53,365 nucleotides of DNA from Octopus sinensis (taxonomy: Eukaryota): positions 1 through 53,365 of the forward strand of contig NW_021833856.1 of assembly GCF_006345805.1 (NCBI RefSeq). The letters run 5' to 3'. Every line of letters begins with the position of its first letter. Position 1 is the stretch's first letter. The notes below the pieces were generated by a model that saw nothing but the letters and a program-made list of their open reading frames with translations, did not search any database and had not been told where the DNA came from. Below are positions 11,601-25,217 of this stretch, in pieces. The position numbers were made by a program, and so were the translations under genes.

Positions 11601-12610
11601 TCTGTAAAGTAGCCAGTGTTTAAACCGGCTATATCCAGCCCGAATATTCTACTCGTTTTATGCTCAAACTAGCCAGAATCAGTATCTCACACTTACCCTG
11701 CAATGTAATTCTAAAAATAAACAATTACATCTTTCAAATCTTGAAGATACAAGATAATACCAGATCAATTTTTTAAAATGTAAATGGATAAGAATTACTT
11801 ATGACATATTAATTTGAACGCTAAAGGGCTAAAGTAGCTAGAGCAGTGTACCCTCTTGCTTAAGTTCATACAATGCACGGGTCTATCAAGTCAATAGAAA
11901 TAAGATAAATTTACCTCAATTCATACACTGGCCTCTTGAAAACGAAAATCTACGTAAAATGGTTAAGATCTCGTATTTTCTAGAGGATAATAAAAATGTG
12001 ATGGTATGATGTCATGTCTAAGACATGAGGCACAGAACTAACCCCAGCTTCGAAATGAAACATTTAGTCGTAAACTTCACTTCGCCCCCTGTAACGGTGT
12101 ATTTTCTTGTTCACAAAATAAGGAATCCTAATGCTGTGACCATCGTTAGCAAACATTCATATTTGTTTGAAAGGGTGTTTAATCCAGTGACCTTGTAACC
12201 CATTTTATTTATTCAACTACGGTTTGCAATTTAATTGAGAAAATGTCGAAGTTTAGTATATCCTTAGTAAATTGCTGAGTAGAATAAGAAGAAGCAGTGT
12301 GAGTATACTGTCCGATGCACAGTAAGTTTTTATTTTCCCCTGAATTACTGTGATACAGTGAAGAACACGCCCTGTATGTTTCGTTGTTGTTCCTTTTTTT
12401 TCTGTATGTAATTTATTTACCCAACCATGTTATATATTTATGTATATATATGTGAGTCTCTATCATAAAATGCTATTTTGTAGACAAACGTTTATATGGG
12501 TATCAGTCGCAAACATTTAAAAACATTTTTCTTTTAAATTGTGTATTTGTTTCTGTTTGTTACCATCCTTAAGAAGAACATAACTCCAGTAACGCAATCG
12601 TCATATTCTA

Positions 12611-12675
12611 AATAAATAAATTAAGACGTAAAAAAATAAAATATTTTTAATAAATTTGTGTTTATATTGTTTTTA
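12611..12675 (+). terminator. Candidate polyadenylation region of Cdx (about 2.2 kb 3' UTR)
   Basis: Four AATAAA hexamers (12611, 12615, 12635, 12649) followed by a GT/T-rich tract, at the end of a T-rich UTR-like stretch. Single AATAAA sites also occur earlier (e.g. 11193). Confidence 0.35.
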
Positions 12676-13116
12676 ATTATCATTATAATATGTTTTTTAT
12701 TGGATCATTACTGTTACTTTCATCATTCTTTGTGATTGACACACAAACTATTCTGAATCTAGTTTCAGTCGCCATTTTGAACTGATTCATTGTATTCGCT
12801 AATCTATTTGGGAAAAGCCATGTATAGCTGTCTGGTTAAAAAGTTCGGTTTGCAACCTCATGCTTTGGGTTCGATCTCATTGCCTAACGCTTGGGACAAA
12901 TGTTTCCTACCATGACCAATACTTTGCGGGTGGAAATTGAGCGGAAACGCTGCAGCAGGCTATCGCTTTGTGTGTATGTCTGTTATGTCTGCACTGGCCT
13001 AAAACCTGATGTCGTATGCGGTGTGCCGCGTAACCGAGCAGTTGGTCATATAGATTGAAAAAAATAAGTACCAAACTGAAAAACGTACAGGGTTTGTTGA
13101 TATTGATAGCCTAAAC

Positions 13117-13190
13117 CAGTGGTTCCCAAACTTTTTCATTTTGCCACCCCCTTGGCACCCAGACAACATTCCTAGCGCCACCACTCCTCA
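13117..13190 (+). mobile_element. Isolated hAT-type terminus
   Basis: CAGTGGTTCCCAAAC preceded by GCCTAAAC; no partner end found. Confidence 0.45.
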
Positions 13191-13335
13191 CAAATGTAAA
13201 CTGCTTTCTGCAGCAAATTCAAAACGATTGTATTTCCCTAAGACTTGACCCGATTATCATAATTATACTTGGATATTTTTGTATTGTTTTACTGGTCTCA
13301 GTCTAAGTATACTTAGCATTTGAGTATATGGTGTA

Positions 13336-13379
<44 letters not shown>

Positions 13380-13465
13380 ATCCAAACAAGAAAGCACAAA
13401 AAAACACAACAACGCGAGGACGTGGAACAAATATAGTATTATTGGACGCTCAGGAAAGAAGGAGG

Positions 13466-13500
13466 GTTTAACATTTCGAGCGGAGCTCTTCGTCGAAAAC
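13466..13500 (-). ncRNA. Decayed hammerhead-like motif in a related repeat
   Basis: GTTT-TCGACGA-A-GAGC(TCC)GCTC-GAAATGTTA/AAC; two core deviations. Confidence 0.35.
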
Positions 13501-15547
13501 ATAGGAGAAGGAAAGATCCAGAGAAGGGAAGACAGAGGAAAAAAAAATCGCCAACGGTACACACGAGGTCACATGTGTGTGTGTGTGTGTGTGTGTACTA
13601 TATATGTACGAAAGCACGTGTATATGCACTTTGTACACACAGTCACATACGTACTTATAGAACATATATACACACATAAATACATAAGTAATAAGTACTA
13701 GTGACATATTGAGTGATGAAGGAATTTGCTTTGAACTCATGTGGTTATAAGATCAATCCCATTGTTTGCGTTTTGGGACGGTGTCTTTTTAAGGGCCTCC
13801 AGCTGACTGAAACTCTGTGAATGAAACTAGGCGCATATGGAAATTACACGGAAGCCTGTTGGATGGGTTATACCTGTAATTCAAACGTTCAGTCATGTCA
13901 TAGACTGTCACGCTGATAGGACTTGTGAAATATATTAGAGTACAGGTGTGCGGAATACTCACCCATTTATACATAAAATAATTTATCAAGTTGGTTATTC
14001 ATAGTCTAAGTAACTTAGGCTGAATAAAACAATAAAAGAATGCGTAAGTATAATACTGATGGTTTCTTTCATATCCACAAGGATGACTAATGGATGACAC
14101 AAGAAGAAACGAAAATTAGAAGCCATTGTGCTTTTACGTTCAGGACAAATCACAGAAACTCCATAGAGCACGAATTATTCTGACTACCAAAAGTATCCTC
14201 TCTTGGTTATGGTATCAAGTCTGCAGCCACGTGTTCAGATTAGAACACTTTAAACAGGCCAAACATTGTTTACATTGATATCTACCATTTCTTAGAGATC
14301 CTCAACTTCTTGATCAATTAATATTTGAAGATGTTCACGAACAGATTGGCTGGAAGGAAGAAAAGCTCTGATTCTGAATCTTGTCCACAACATTTCCATC
14401 ATAAACACCTTATAAGAAGAAAGTGCTTATTCTTCCTTGTAAATAAAGAGGCAGGCAATTTATACCATTAGCTTGGCAGGCAACCGGACCTGCACATAGG
14501 GTCTGGGCTTATCGCTCATTTGGTTTATCCTCTACATTTTTTTTCTCTATAGTAAAATAAATTTATGTATCTGGCGATGAAATACCAGGCCACTGTTCTC
14601 TATAATTGATGTCGTAATATTCAGACAACAATGTTCTTCACGCGTCTCAGTACGAAGTAACGGCACAGTACTTCCTTCAAAACAATTTTCAGAAGAATTT
14701 TTTATTCCCATAATTTTTCGAATGCGATTACACAAGTGCCAAGTAATCTTTATCAACAAATAGTATATTCTTCAGAACATCGCCAGTCATGTAACACATT
14801 TGATAAACATACATACCTTAAACATTGGGAGACAGGGTGACAATTTGGCCCGATATTTGCATTTAGCAGTTACAAGACCAAGTCTATGATGTTTCTCCAC
14901 TTCTAGTTTTGAACACTTGGAAAAGCTACGAGTTGCTTTTGACATCAGCCGCAACAATAGCGAAGAAGTCTGACAAAATAATACTCGTAGAGTAGTCCAT
15001 TTAAATCCGCCAATTTTCTTTGCCTCAGCTACGACTGTTATTGTGGTTTTTTGGAAATGCCCAGTTCATCAAGTCCAACGCTCACCTTAATTAGCTGCTC
15101 AAATATTACTAACATCTCGCTCGTATCCGCCTTTAATCAGATAGTACGTGTCTGTTGTAATCTGTTAAAGACTGAATAGTTCCGTTGTTGACACCTGGGT
15201 CCATCGAACGGTTTTCACTACCTTGCAAGTCACAGAAAACGTTAAGTTCGTGTCTCTCACTGAGAATATTTCCTCCGCGTTTTATGATGGATGCAATAGC
15301 ATACCTAACGGGTTTTTCTAAATCTTCAATAACACATGCCGCGCCGTGACCCACCCAGATAAAAATCAAATATTAAGGACTTAGACTGATTTGGAAAAGA
15401 AGTCATAATTACATCACAGATTGTGTAGTCATTGTAACAACGCCACAAGTACGAATAATGTTTATTTATTTTTGTACTTCGATATACCGAGCCTCATATC
15501 TATAGAAATATTGGAAAGCAAATTTATGATCTTCAGAAAATAAATAA

Positions 15548-15772
15548 CCTATTTCTTTACAACCCATAAGGGGCTAAACACAGAGGGGACAGACAAACGG
15601 ATTAAGTTGATTACATCGACCCCAGTGCGTAACTGGTACTTAATTTATCGACCCCGAAAGGATGAAAGCCAAAGTCGACCTCGGCGGAATTTGAACTCAG
15701 AACGTAACGGCAGACGAAATACGGCTACGCATTTCACCCGGCGTGCTAACGTTTCCGCCAGCTCGCCGCCTT
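15548..15772 (-). mobile_element. SINE family A, full length
   Basis: Near-identical to 5767-6001. Confidence 0.9.
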
Positions 15773-16330
15773 ATTTTCAGAAAACAAATAACCATTAGAT
15801 AGACGGCCTGTGAAGCAGCATGCATTTTATTCATTCTCTTACGTTGAACACATTCCCCATTTCCCCGGCAGCAATAAAATCTTCTCTATTTTTATTCCCT
15901 CTTCAAGAAAAACGGAAATATTAAGTGCGTGTTGTACAGGAAGGGTGATTTGCCTATTAAACTGAAAATGTTGTAGAGTTGGTGAAGTGTTATATCGTAG
16001 ACCTTGGATCTGATCAGAAACTTTTTAACAGTGTCTTTGTATGAAAATGCTAGTCCCGCAGATAGAGATTAATGAAGAATAATGGAATAGGATCTTGTTA
16101 AGTTTCTTCTTATCACTTGGAAATTTGGTTGCTCTTCCTAGTAGGTTGAGAGACCACATGATGGGTTCGTGCATGCCGTTCATATAGGGACAAACATATT
16201 GATGTTTTGTACATTCTAGGGATAAAAAAAAAACGAAAGAAAGAAAAATGAGTGGGATTTTCGACAACAATATACCCCAGAACTACATTAAAAAAAAAAT
16301 AGTCTGTTGACAGTTTAAAAAACTTCAAAC

Positions 16331-16711
16331 TCTTTACTCTTTTACTTGTTTCAGTCATTTGACTGCGGCCATGCTGGAGCACCGCCTTTTAGTCAGGCAA
16401 ATCGACCCTAGGACTTATTCTTTAGAAGCCTAGTACTTATTCTATCGGTCTCTTTGGCCGAACCGCTAAGTTACGTGGACGTAAACACACAACCATCGGT
16501 TGCCAAGTGATGGTGGGAGGACAAACACAGACACAAATATATATATATATACGACTGGCTTCCTTCAGTTTCCGTCTACCAAATCAACTCAAGGCTTTGG
16601 TCGGCCCGTGGCTGTAGTAAAAGACACTTGCCCAAAGTGCCACGCAGTGGGAATGAACCCAGAACCATTTGGTTGGTAAGCAGGCTACTTACCACACAGC
16701 CACTCCTGCGC
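16331..16711 (-). mobile_element. SINE family B, full length
   Basis: Aligns end to end with 4963-5362. Confidence 0.9.
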
Positions 16712-17610
16712 TTTAAAATAAAAGCTGAAAGAAATTTAACAAAACCTATGGAATACAATTGAAACTTTAAATTTTAAGATTGGATTATTCTTGCCTTAAA
16801 ATTTTTATATATGTAAAAACAATCTTATCCGATCGTAGTAGAAGATACCCACAAAAAAGGCAGATATAAAAACGCTCAATTTGATGGGTGGTCATTCGCC
16901 AGATATTGTTGACTAGATAAATGTTTCTATGGGAAGGCAAATTCGAACATTTCCTTTATTGAAACTCTCATTGTTACTTTACTTCCGTCCAGAACTACTA
17001 ACTGTTTTTTGTAACCATTCCCACTCTTTATTTTTTACACTCGTTAAAGCTAGGAATCAACAGAAATTTATTTTTTAAGGTTTCATTGTTAATGAAAATG
17101 TTCTTAACATTTTCAACAGAGCATATCAATTTTTCTTTATTGAAACTCTCATTGTTACTTTACTTCCGTCCAGAACTACTAACTGCTTTTTGGCCTATAA
17201 CCATTCCCTGTTTTTTACACACGTTAAAGCTAAGAACCAACAGAAATTTCTTTTTAAGATTTCATTGTTAATGAGTTGAGTTGGGGTTTATTCAGTACAT
17301 TCCTAATTCAAGCAAAATAGTATTTTTAGTAAACAGGCAACAGTAACAAAATAAGAGAATGCTCCGGCTTTTTGTTTGTCGATATTTAAGCAACAATAAA
17401 CTGGTAAGCTCCCATTTTCAGCCATTCGAAATCTGGTCATATTTTCGCCATATCTCAAACTAAAGATTTTACTTTTGATTTACGAGTATTTAATGCGTAG
17501 GATAAAATAACTCGCGGTACTTGTTTCGGCTTTTTACGCTCTGAGTTGCTATGAACTTACATCTTTGATAGCTTTAAGTACAAATTCAGGACGATGGATC
17601 GACAAAACTG

Positions 17611-19159
17611 GGATCTTTTCGGTTTGAACGGCAGTTTTTAACATAATTTCTGGGTAACTAAAAAATTTTAAACTTCGTATACTGGTAGAATGTGTTTATA
17701 AAACATCTTTTTCTCTTGGCTTTATTGAGAAAATTCTATAGTTTGTAAGATATTTTGTTTTTTTTTCTTCAATTTCTGCAATTTCAACCAATCAGTAACG
17801 TCTATTGAGTTAAAAAGCATTCTGTGCCGTATGAATATGTCCCTCGTTTAAGAAACAGATTGGGTTTATTTACATTTGTGAAGAAAAAAAGATACCCTTC
17901 CCCCACCCCTAACCCTAACCCTAAAACAGATTGAAATGCAATAGATCGATTGGATCTTTTCTATTCTGAAGCCAGTTTTTTCAAATTTTTCCTACTGAAC
18001 CAAACAATTTGAAACTTCGTATACTGGTAGAATGTGTCAAAAGTAAACTTAATTGTAAACCAGAATGAAAACGGAATTGTAACTTCTAAGTTTAACGTTG
18101 TTTAATAATTAGAATTTTAACCAATGATATTCCGTCATTCGGCTTTATTTTATTTACTCCGTCTCGACCACCAATTTCGTGACGTATTAAACATCTTAAA
18201 TGTAAACAAGCGCATCCTTCTAATTATTTAACGTACTCATGTTTCCAGGATCCTATAGTCAGCCACCTTCTAATAATAATATTTAAAACTAGTTAATAAG
18301 CCACATGTATTAAATTGAAAATGTTTCCATTTGTATTTATTACGATGAATCGGCCATACATACATAGATACATACACACACACACATACATGCAGACATA
18401 CATATACACATACACCGAGTAAAAAATTTCAGTTATCTCTCTCTTTCACACATTACTCTCTCTGTCTCTTCACACACACTAACAGAAGCACTTCACTTAC
18501 ACAACATACTGTCTCCCACACCCCATCAAACACACACCACACACACATGTACATCAATGCTTCCCCTAGACGGTAACTTCAAAGACAAACTTCCCTCGTC
18601 ATAAAATCGCTTCCTCTTAGTCTCTTTCGCTCTCATTACTTATGTAAAAAAATAAAAGTTTTTTACGGAAATCGACGGAAAACTTGTGCTACGACAAGCG
18701 AAACTTCGCCGAAATTTAATATTAAAAAAGCAAAGAGCTGGCAGAAACGTTAGCACGCCGGGCGAAATGCGTAGCCGTATTTCGTCTGCCGTTACGTTCT
18801 GTGTTTGTTTACAGTTTTCCGAACGTTAGTACCTCACAAAAGCGCTTTCTACGTCACACTAATAGAATGCAGTCAAGTTTTACACATGAAAACAAACAAT
18901 CTGATTGGTTAAAATTCGCAGTTTTAATCTACGATTAAAGTCATAAAATAGATTTTTCTCAAATAAACTAGTTCCAACCTGTGTCTTGTTTTGCTAGACT
19001 CTATCAGCATACGAAGTTTCAGAATATTTAGTTAAGTAGAAAGATCTGTGGTCCTGGCTTCAGAATTGAAAAGATCCGATCGATTTTAGGGTCATAATTA
19101 TGGGTGACAATTTCATATGACACCGCTAGAAAAAACTGCCGTTCAAACCGAAAAGATCC
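17611..19159. mobile_element. MITE M1 copy split by a nested sister element
   Basis: Same TIRs; perfect TSD CAAAACTG (17603-17610, 19160-19167); body interrupted at 17952-19077. Confidence 0.9.
17952..19077. mobile_element. Sister MITE (M2) nested inside M1
   Basis: ~24-bp TIRs GGATCTTTTCWATTCTGAAGCCAG; perfect TSD GATCGATT (17944-17951, 19078-19085); shares internal aaacttcgtatactggtagaatgtgt with M1; contains a SINE-A fragment at ~18735-18800. Confidence 0.85.
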
Positions 19160-19400
19160 CAAAACTGTTAAAGCATCAAAATGTCTTGCAGTATTTGCTC
19201 TCGCTGTTTGCTTTCTGGGATCTCGTTAAATTTCTACTAAGCACTTGAAGTATTACAACATTTTACTAGATTTTTTAAAATCGCTCCACGGATGTAAACT
19301 TTTACTCATTGACCTCCAAACACAACGTTTGATGGTGGAGAAACAACTAACTGGTTACTAATTTTTTCGTTTTTTAATTTTGCTTACAATTTTCTTATAG

Positions 19401-19436
19401 GAAAAGAGAAAGTACCAGCAATATCTGTGGGGTAAA
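19401..19436 (+). other. Candidate 36-nt internal micro-exon
   Basis: TACTAAT branch-like motif, long T-rich tract, TTATAG acceptor (AG 19399-19400) and AAA|GTAAGC donor; two of three frames open. Confidence 0.3.
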
Positions 19437-20644
19437 GTAAGCGTTTAAGGGTCGTGAGTTCGATGTTTTAAGGAATATTCTGCCTGCTATTTCTTGCAGT
19501 TCGAGAGACCACGTAAAGGTGTCATGTGTGCTGTCTCCATGAGGACAAGCATTCGTGACTTCCGCCATATCCGGCAAAGGAGTGTTTCTATTGGCTAAAG
19601 TAACAATTCAAAATGCTTGTAAATTCTTTTATTAATTTTTGGAAACAAAATGTATGATTTTCGTCATCAAAATTACATCAATGTAGACAATTTGAAAACA
19701 TCCGAAGGAAATTTAAAAACCTTCAAGCAGGTGGTCGAATAGGTAATTAATGAAATTCTGTTTCGTGATAAGTCTGATAAGAATCATGAAGAAAAACAAT
19801 AGTAAATTAGTAACAAGTCTTGTTGATAGAAACGAAATGAGAAATAGTGGAGGTGGGCTTACATTGGTTGAAGGATGAAGTCACTAAAAAGTAAACAATA
19901 TATTCTGTAAAGGATGTAGGGGCGAATCTGACTATTCCAATGATTTGTAATAAGTCCTAAATTAGTTGATTGAATTTAAATTTGTATCACTATTGATATC
20001 AAAGAATGTCATTAATTAAAAATTTCCATCAGGTCAACTACAGGCTCCTTACACTTTGGGCCATGGCAGTGACAAAGGAGTACTTGTAACTCAGCGCAGA
20101 ACAAATATTGTAGGGGACTGCGATCGAAAACCGCAAGCTTTTCGGTTTCCTTGCCTATGTTTACATCTTTCATCGATAGATATCTGTGTCACACACACAC
20201 ACACAAACAGAAACGCACACTCAAACGAATGATATACAACCAGACAACTACATTGTGGAAGAATCAATGTAGCCATTTAAGAATACACAGAAATTCAAAT
20301 TTATTTATTTATTAAAAGCACAGTCAACTATAAAATATTGAGAACTTTGATCACTCTACCACAAACTAGTCAATAACAGTAGTCCACTTCATCAATTCCA
20401 GGAGCAGCGTAAGTGTATCAGCAACTAAGTTGTGAATGAGTAACGAAATTCTTTATAGTAGACAGTGCTAGGAAGAAAATAATCGAAACGTGAATATAAC
20501 AGTTTTTCTTGTTCTTAAATGATGTTCAATATATCAACCTAAAGTCACTAACTCATTCAAATACAGGTGAAGTGGCACATGGTCGTAACGTCAGCTAGAA
20601 TGACACGTGCTTTTGTTCTGACACTCGGCATTCCCCCAGAGCTC

Positions 20645-20769
20645 CCCCCAGCTCTAACCCTAACCCTAAAACAGATTGAAATGCAATAGATCGATACTAG
20701 GGTCATAATTATGGGTGACAATTTCATATGACACCGCTAGAAAAAACTGCCGTTCAAACCGAAAAGATC
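20645..20769. mobile_element. MITE M1, one-ended fragment
   Basis: (CCCTAA)n plus terminal ~100 bp near-identical to the right end of 278-692. Confidence 0.85.
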
Positions 20770-20934
20770 TCCTTTAGCTTATCAGCTATCGATTTACTTT
20801 ACGAAAGATTCTGCTTGCGGCCATGGAGCGAGAAAAATATTCAAATCTAACGACACAATCAGGAAAGAGAGAAAACATTTAAATGAAAATGTAATTCGTG
20901 TAAGAAAATAGTGTGTAAAATAATAGCTTGCGAA

Positions 20935-21255
20935 CTCGGTTCTTCGTCGGTTACGACGAAGAGTGTTTCAGATTATTCTATCAACGGAACAGCCTGCTCG
21001 GGAAATTAACTTGGAAGTGACTGAGCACTCCACAGACACTCGTATTCTTTACGTAGTTCTCAAGGGGATTCAGCGTGAAACAGAATGAGATAAGGCTGGT
21101 CCTTTGAATTGCAGGTACAACTCATTTTTGCCAGGTGAGTTGGACTAGAGTAACATGGAATGACGTCTTGCTCAAGCCGACAGTGCGTCGCCTGAAATCG
21201 AAGTCACGATATAAAGATCGTGAGCTGAGGACCCCAACCTCTTAACCACACGACT
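20935..21255 (-). mobile_element. Third tRNA-derived SINE family (C), diverged
   Basis: Minus strand has a Pol III-like head then cttgagcaagac...ggcaaaaatgagttgtacctg; a similar head occurs at ~44985-45110 (+). Confidence 0.6.
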
Positions 21256-21399
21256 TCATGGCTTGCGAATAGACTAACTTGAAAGCACGCTGCCTTTCTT
21301 TGACAGTAAACAAATTTTGAACGCATCGAAAAGATTTCACCAAGCTTTTCAGATATTTTATCAATATTCTCGTAGGCAAACATATCTCTCTCCTCAATG

Positions 21400-21482
<83 letters not shown>

Positions 21483-23520
21483 CCCCCTCTCACGCGCGCG
21501 CTTTCCCTTTCAATCTCTAACAAAAATACATTGTCCATAAATTAACTAAATTATCCAAGTTATCATGTCAGAATCTCCTCTCGCAACGACATTCTAACTT
21601 CAAGCAGCATCATATGTACTCTGCACTTACACAAAGTAGTGAGAGCGAATGTAAATGGTCGTAGATGCTCCTACTACGAACACAGCTGCTATTTCTAGTG
21701 CGTCTTGATACCTGAGTAACAACAGCCTAACATCCCTCGAATCACCTTTCGCCGTCTTAAAAGCAAATCTCAGAGATTATCCTCAAAAGACTGAACGTTC
21801 GTGGTTGGAAAGCCTTCGACCGTGGCTTCGTTTGGTCAGCATCGACATCTCTACTACAACAGTACACACATACATACATACATTCACTTGGATACTCTCT
21901 TCCTTCACTCACATATACACACGCGCGATACGCAGAGATGAATACAGTCAGGCACACAGATACACTGACTCAACATATATTTATTATATGTAAGGGTAAA
22001 GAGAAAGAGAGAGAGGAGAGAGAGAGAGAGAGAGAACTAGTCATGGGTCAGTGATGAAAGGCTTGATACAAAAGCCGAGTGTAAGCTACTATGGCTAGTG
22101 TTTACATATGATCTATTGACGTCCAGTGGTCAACTGAAAGTCAAACACAACTATTTCTGTTATAGCAGATCAAAGGATGGACAGTCATGCAAATCTTTGA
22201 AAGCTGATCTGATTGAAGCTGACTGCTGCTACTGCCGACGAAGGCAACGGTAGTGGTGCTTAACCCCAAGTTAGTTTTAATCGAGAATTTTCTATGATTT
22301 AATCCACTCAAACCATAACTATTCATGGCGTATCAAGGATTATATATATATATTTTTTATAGACGGCATAGTGTTTGATTTGAGGAGGATTTTGTTGCTA
22401 TTTCTAGAAAGTTGAGTGACCACGGACAGATTCCTTCCTTTGCTTGGTCTATAGTTGGAAGTAGTGGTGGTGGTGGTGCTGGTGATGATGATGATGACGC
22501 TCTTGTTGTTGTTATTATTTAGCACTAGGTCAACCCTGATCAAAGAGATACTCTCTCTCTTTACTCTTTTACTTGTTTCAGTCATTTGACTGCGGCCATG
22601 CTGGAGCACCGCCTTTAGTCGAGCAAATCGACCCCAGGACTTATTCTTTGTAAGCCTAGTACTTATTTTATCGGTTGTAGCGAGATATAGTCTCAAACAT
22701 AGGCACAATGCCATACATTGTGGTAGATAGGACAATCGATGGTATCGACTCACTTGTTTCCATATTGGATTATGTTGACCCTTGAAGGATGAAAAAAAAA
22801 TTGAAACCCCAAATAATTTCAATTCATATCATATCAAAAGTTACCAAAATAATGGTTTCAAATTAGTTTCGGTGGCGTGGAAGATTCCTTTTTATCACTT
22901 TTACACCTGCATCTCTAACGGGTAGTATCAAATGTTTTGTGCTATTGAAAGAGACAAAATTATTATATCCCACTCTGCGTGCAATTGGTGCATGATTTTT
23001 AAGGCAGTGTAAGTAATGATTAGTAGGTCTCAACGTACAGAAGCTAGAGTGTATATATTCATAGATTGTTTGACTACGAGAGCTCCAACATCACAGGTCA
23101 ATGGTGATATATGATAAAAAAAAACTCTAGTTCGGGACATGACAGACATATGGAGTCCATAGCCAGGCAGTGGGTAAAGCGGTGATGGTGAGGATATTGC
23201 TCACAGGCAAATACAAATATAATGGCTATTGAAATATAAGAGCCATGTTGTATGTAGGATACAGGCATAACACGCAAAGCATTTTCATCAGACTCCTGGA
23301 CAAATACATTTAAATATCCGTACGAAACTTTTCGGTATGAAGATCAATGTTTAAAACATTACATATTTCTAATTAGTGTATTTGGAGCGCTTGGCATTTT
23401 TACATCGAAACACGAATGAATATGTATGTATGTATGTATGTATATATGTATGTATGTATGTATGTATTATGAATGTATGTTTGTATGCATACATATATGT
23501 ATGTATGTATGAATGTATGC

Positions 23521-23553
<33 letters not shown>

Positions 23554-23977
23554 TGTATGTATGTATGTATGTATGTATTTATGTATGTACGTATGTACGC
23601 ACTACACACACAGACACACACACACACCTACACACACACACAAAATAGGAAGCTGGGTGGCAGATAAACGAATATAGAAGTCTTTTTTTGTCCCATAATA
23701 AAACTCTCGGATAGACTGTCTATTCTTTTATTTGTTTCAGCCATTTGACTGCGGCCATGCTGGAGTACTGCCTTTTTAGTCGAGCAAATCGAACCCAGTT
23801 CTTATTCTTTGTAAGCCTAGTACTTATTCTATTGGTTTCTTTTGCCGAACCGCTAAGTTACGGGGACTCAAGCACACCACCATCAGTTTTCAAGAGATGG
23901 TAGTGGGACAAACACAGACACACACACACACACACATACTCACACACAAACAAACACACACACACACATTCCTTCCC

Positions 23978-24385
23978 GAACGGCAGTTTTTTCTAGCGGT
24001 GTCATATGAAATTGTCACCCTTAATTATGACCCTAGAATCGATTTATTGCATTTCAATCTCTTTTTGGGTTAGGGTTAGGGTTAGGGGTGGGGGGCAGGG
24101 TATCTTTTTTTCTTCACAAATGTAAATAAACCCAATCTGTTTCTTTAACGAGGGACATATTCATAAGGCACAGAATGCTTTTTAACTCAATAGACGTCAC
24201 TGATTGGTTGAAATTGCATAAATTGAAGAAAAAAAAACAACAAATATCTTACAAACTATAGAATTTTCTCAATAAAGACAAGAGAAAAGCTGTTTTATAA
24301 ACACATTCTAGCAGTATACGAAGTTTTAAATTTTTTAATTACCTAGAAATTATGTTAAAAACTGCCGTTCAAACCGAAAAGATCC
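23978..24385. mobile_element. MITE M1, inverted orientation, left TIR clipped
   Basis: Reverse complement of the M1 body with (TTAGGG)3; right TIR intact. Confidence 0.85.
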
Positions 24386-24734
24386 GATTTATCTTCTCTA
24401 TAGAACGATTTACACGGCATGATACCCACAACATCGCTCATAGTATCGCCGACACGTCATCAACCCCGCTGGATGGGCTGATCTCAGTGATGATTGTAAC
24501 ATCGCTTTTGTCCTATGAAGCCTTTGTCGGGGTATAATGCATGTGTGGCCTGTTGATCTACAACGGAGAATCAAGTGTTGTTATGACTCAGTGAAGATTA
24601 TATTGAAGGCTCGCAATACGGCGCAGGTGTTCAGGTGTGTCCTTCTAGAAATCCAACACACGCCCACGCACTTACACACATGTGTAGTAATATGTGTATA
24701 TACTATATACTTGAATACATGTTTATGTGTCTAT

Positions 24735-24738
24735 TATA

Positions 24739-24779
<41 letters not shown>

Positions 24780-25002
24780 TATATATATAATATACTACAT
24801 ATAAATATATATATATATGCATGTTATATATATATGTGTGTGTGTATATATATACACACACACACGCACACAAATATATATCTATATATATGTGTGTGTA
24901 TATATATATATATATATATAAATAGAGAGAGAGAGAGAAAGAATAGAGAGAGAAGAAGAGAGAGAGAGTGAAAGAGATGGATGGATAGATAGATAGATAG
25001 AC

Positions 25003-25086
<84 letters not shown>
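24735..25086 (+). repeat. Compound (TA)n/(GA)n/(GATA)n microsatellite, representative of dozens in the window
   Basis: Others include (CA)n 1136-1230, (TA)n 5363-5442, (CT)n 21400-21480, (ATGT)n 23395-23598, (TATC)n 29371-29456, (GATA)n 34205-34322, (CTTT)n 53293-53357. Confidence 0.95.
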
Positions 25087-25174
25087 GGAATTAATAGAAC
25101 AAAAGCAAAAGACGAAGACAGGTGTATGAACAACAAGCAAATGTATTAGTTTGACGCTCCGGAAAATGAAAAAA

Positions 25175-25217
25175 AATCCTTTACGTTTCGAGCCTACGCG
25201 CTTCAACAGAAAGGATT
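25175..25217 (-). ncRNA. Hammerhead-like motif (CUGUUGA core), same repeat family as 34379
   Basis: AATCCTTT-CTGTTGA-A-GCGC(GTAG)GCTC-GAAACGTA/AAGGATT. Confidence 0.45.

Noticed and set aside
14870-15370. Possible hAT transposase fragment (FIWVGHGAACVIEDLEK)
   Set aside because: One weak motif with no supporting motifs or termini.
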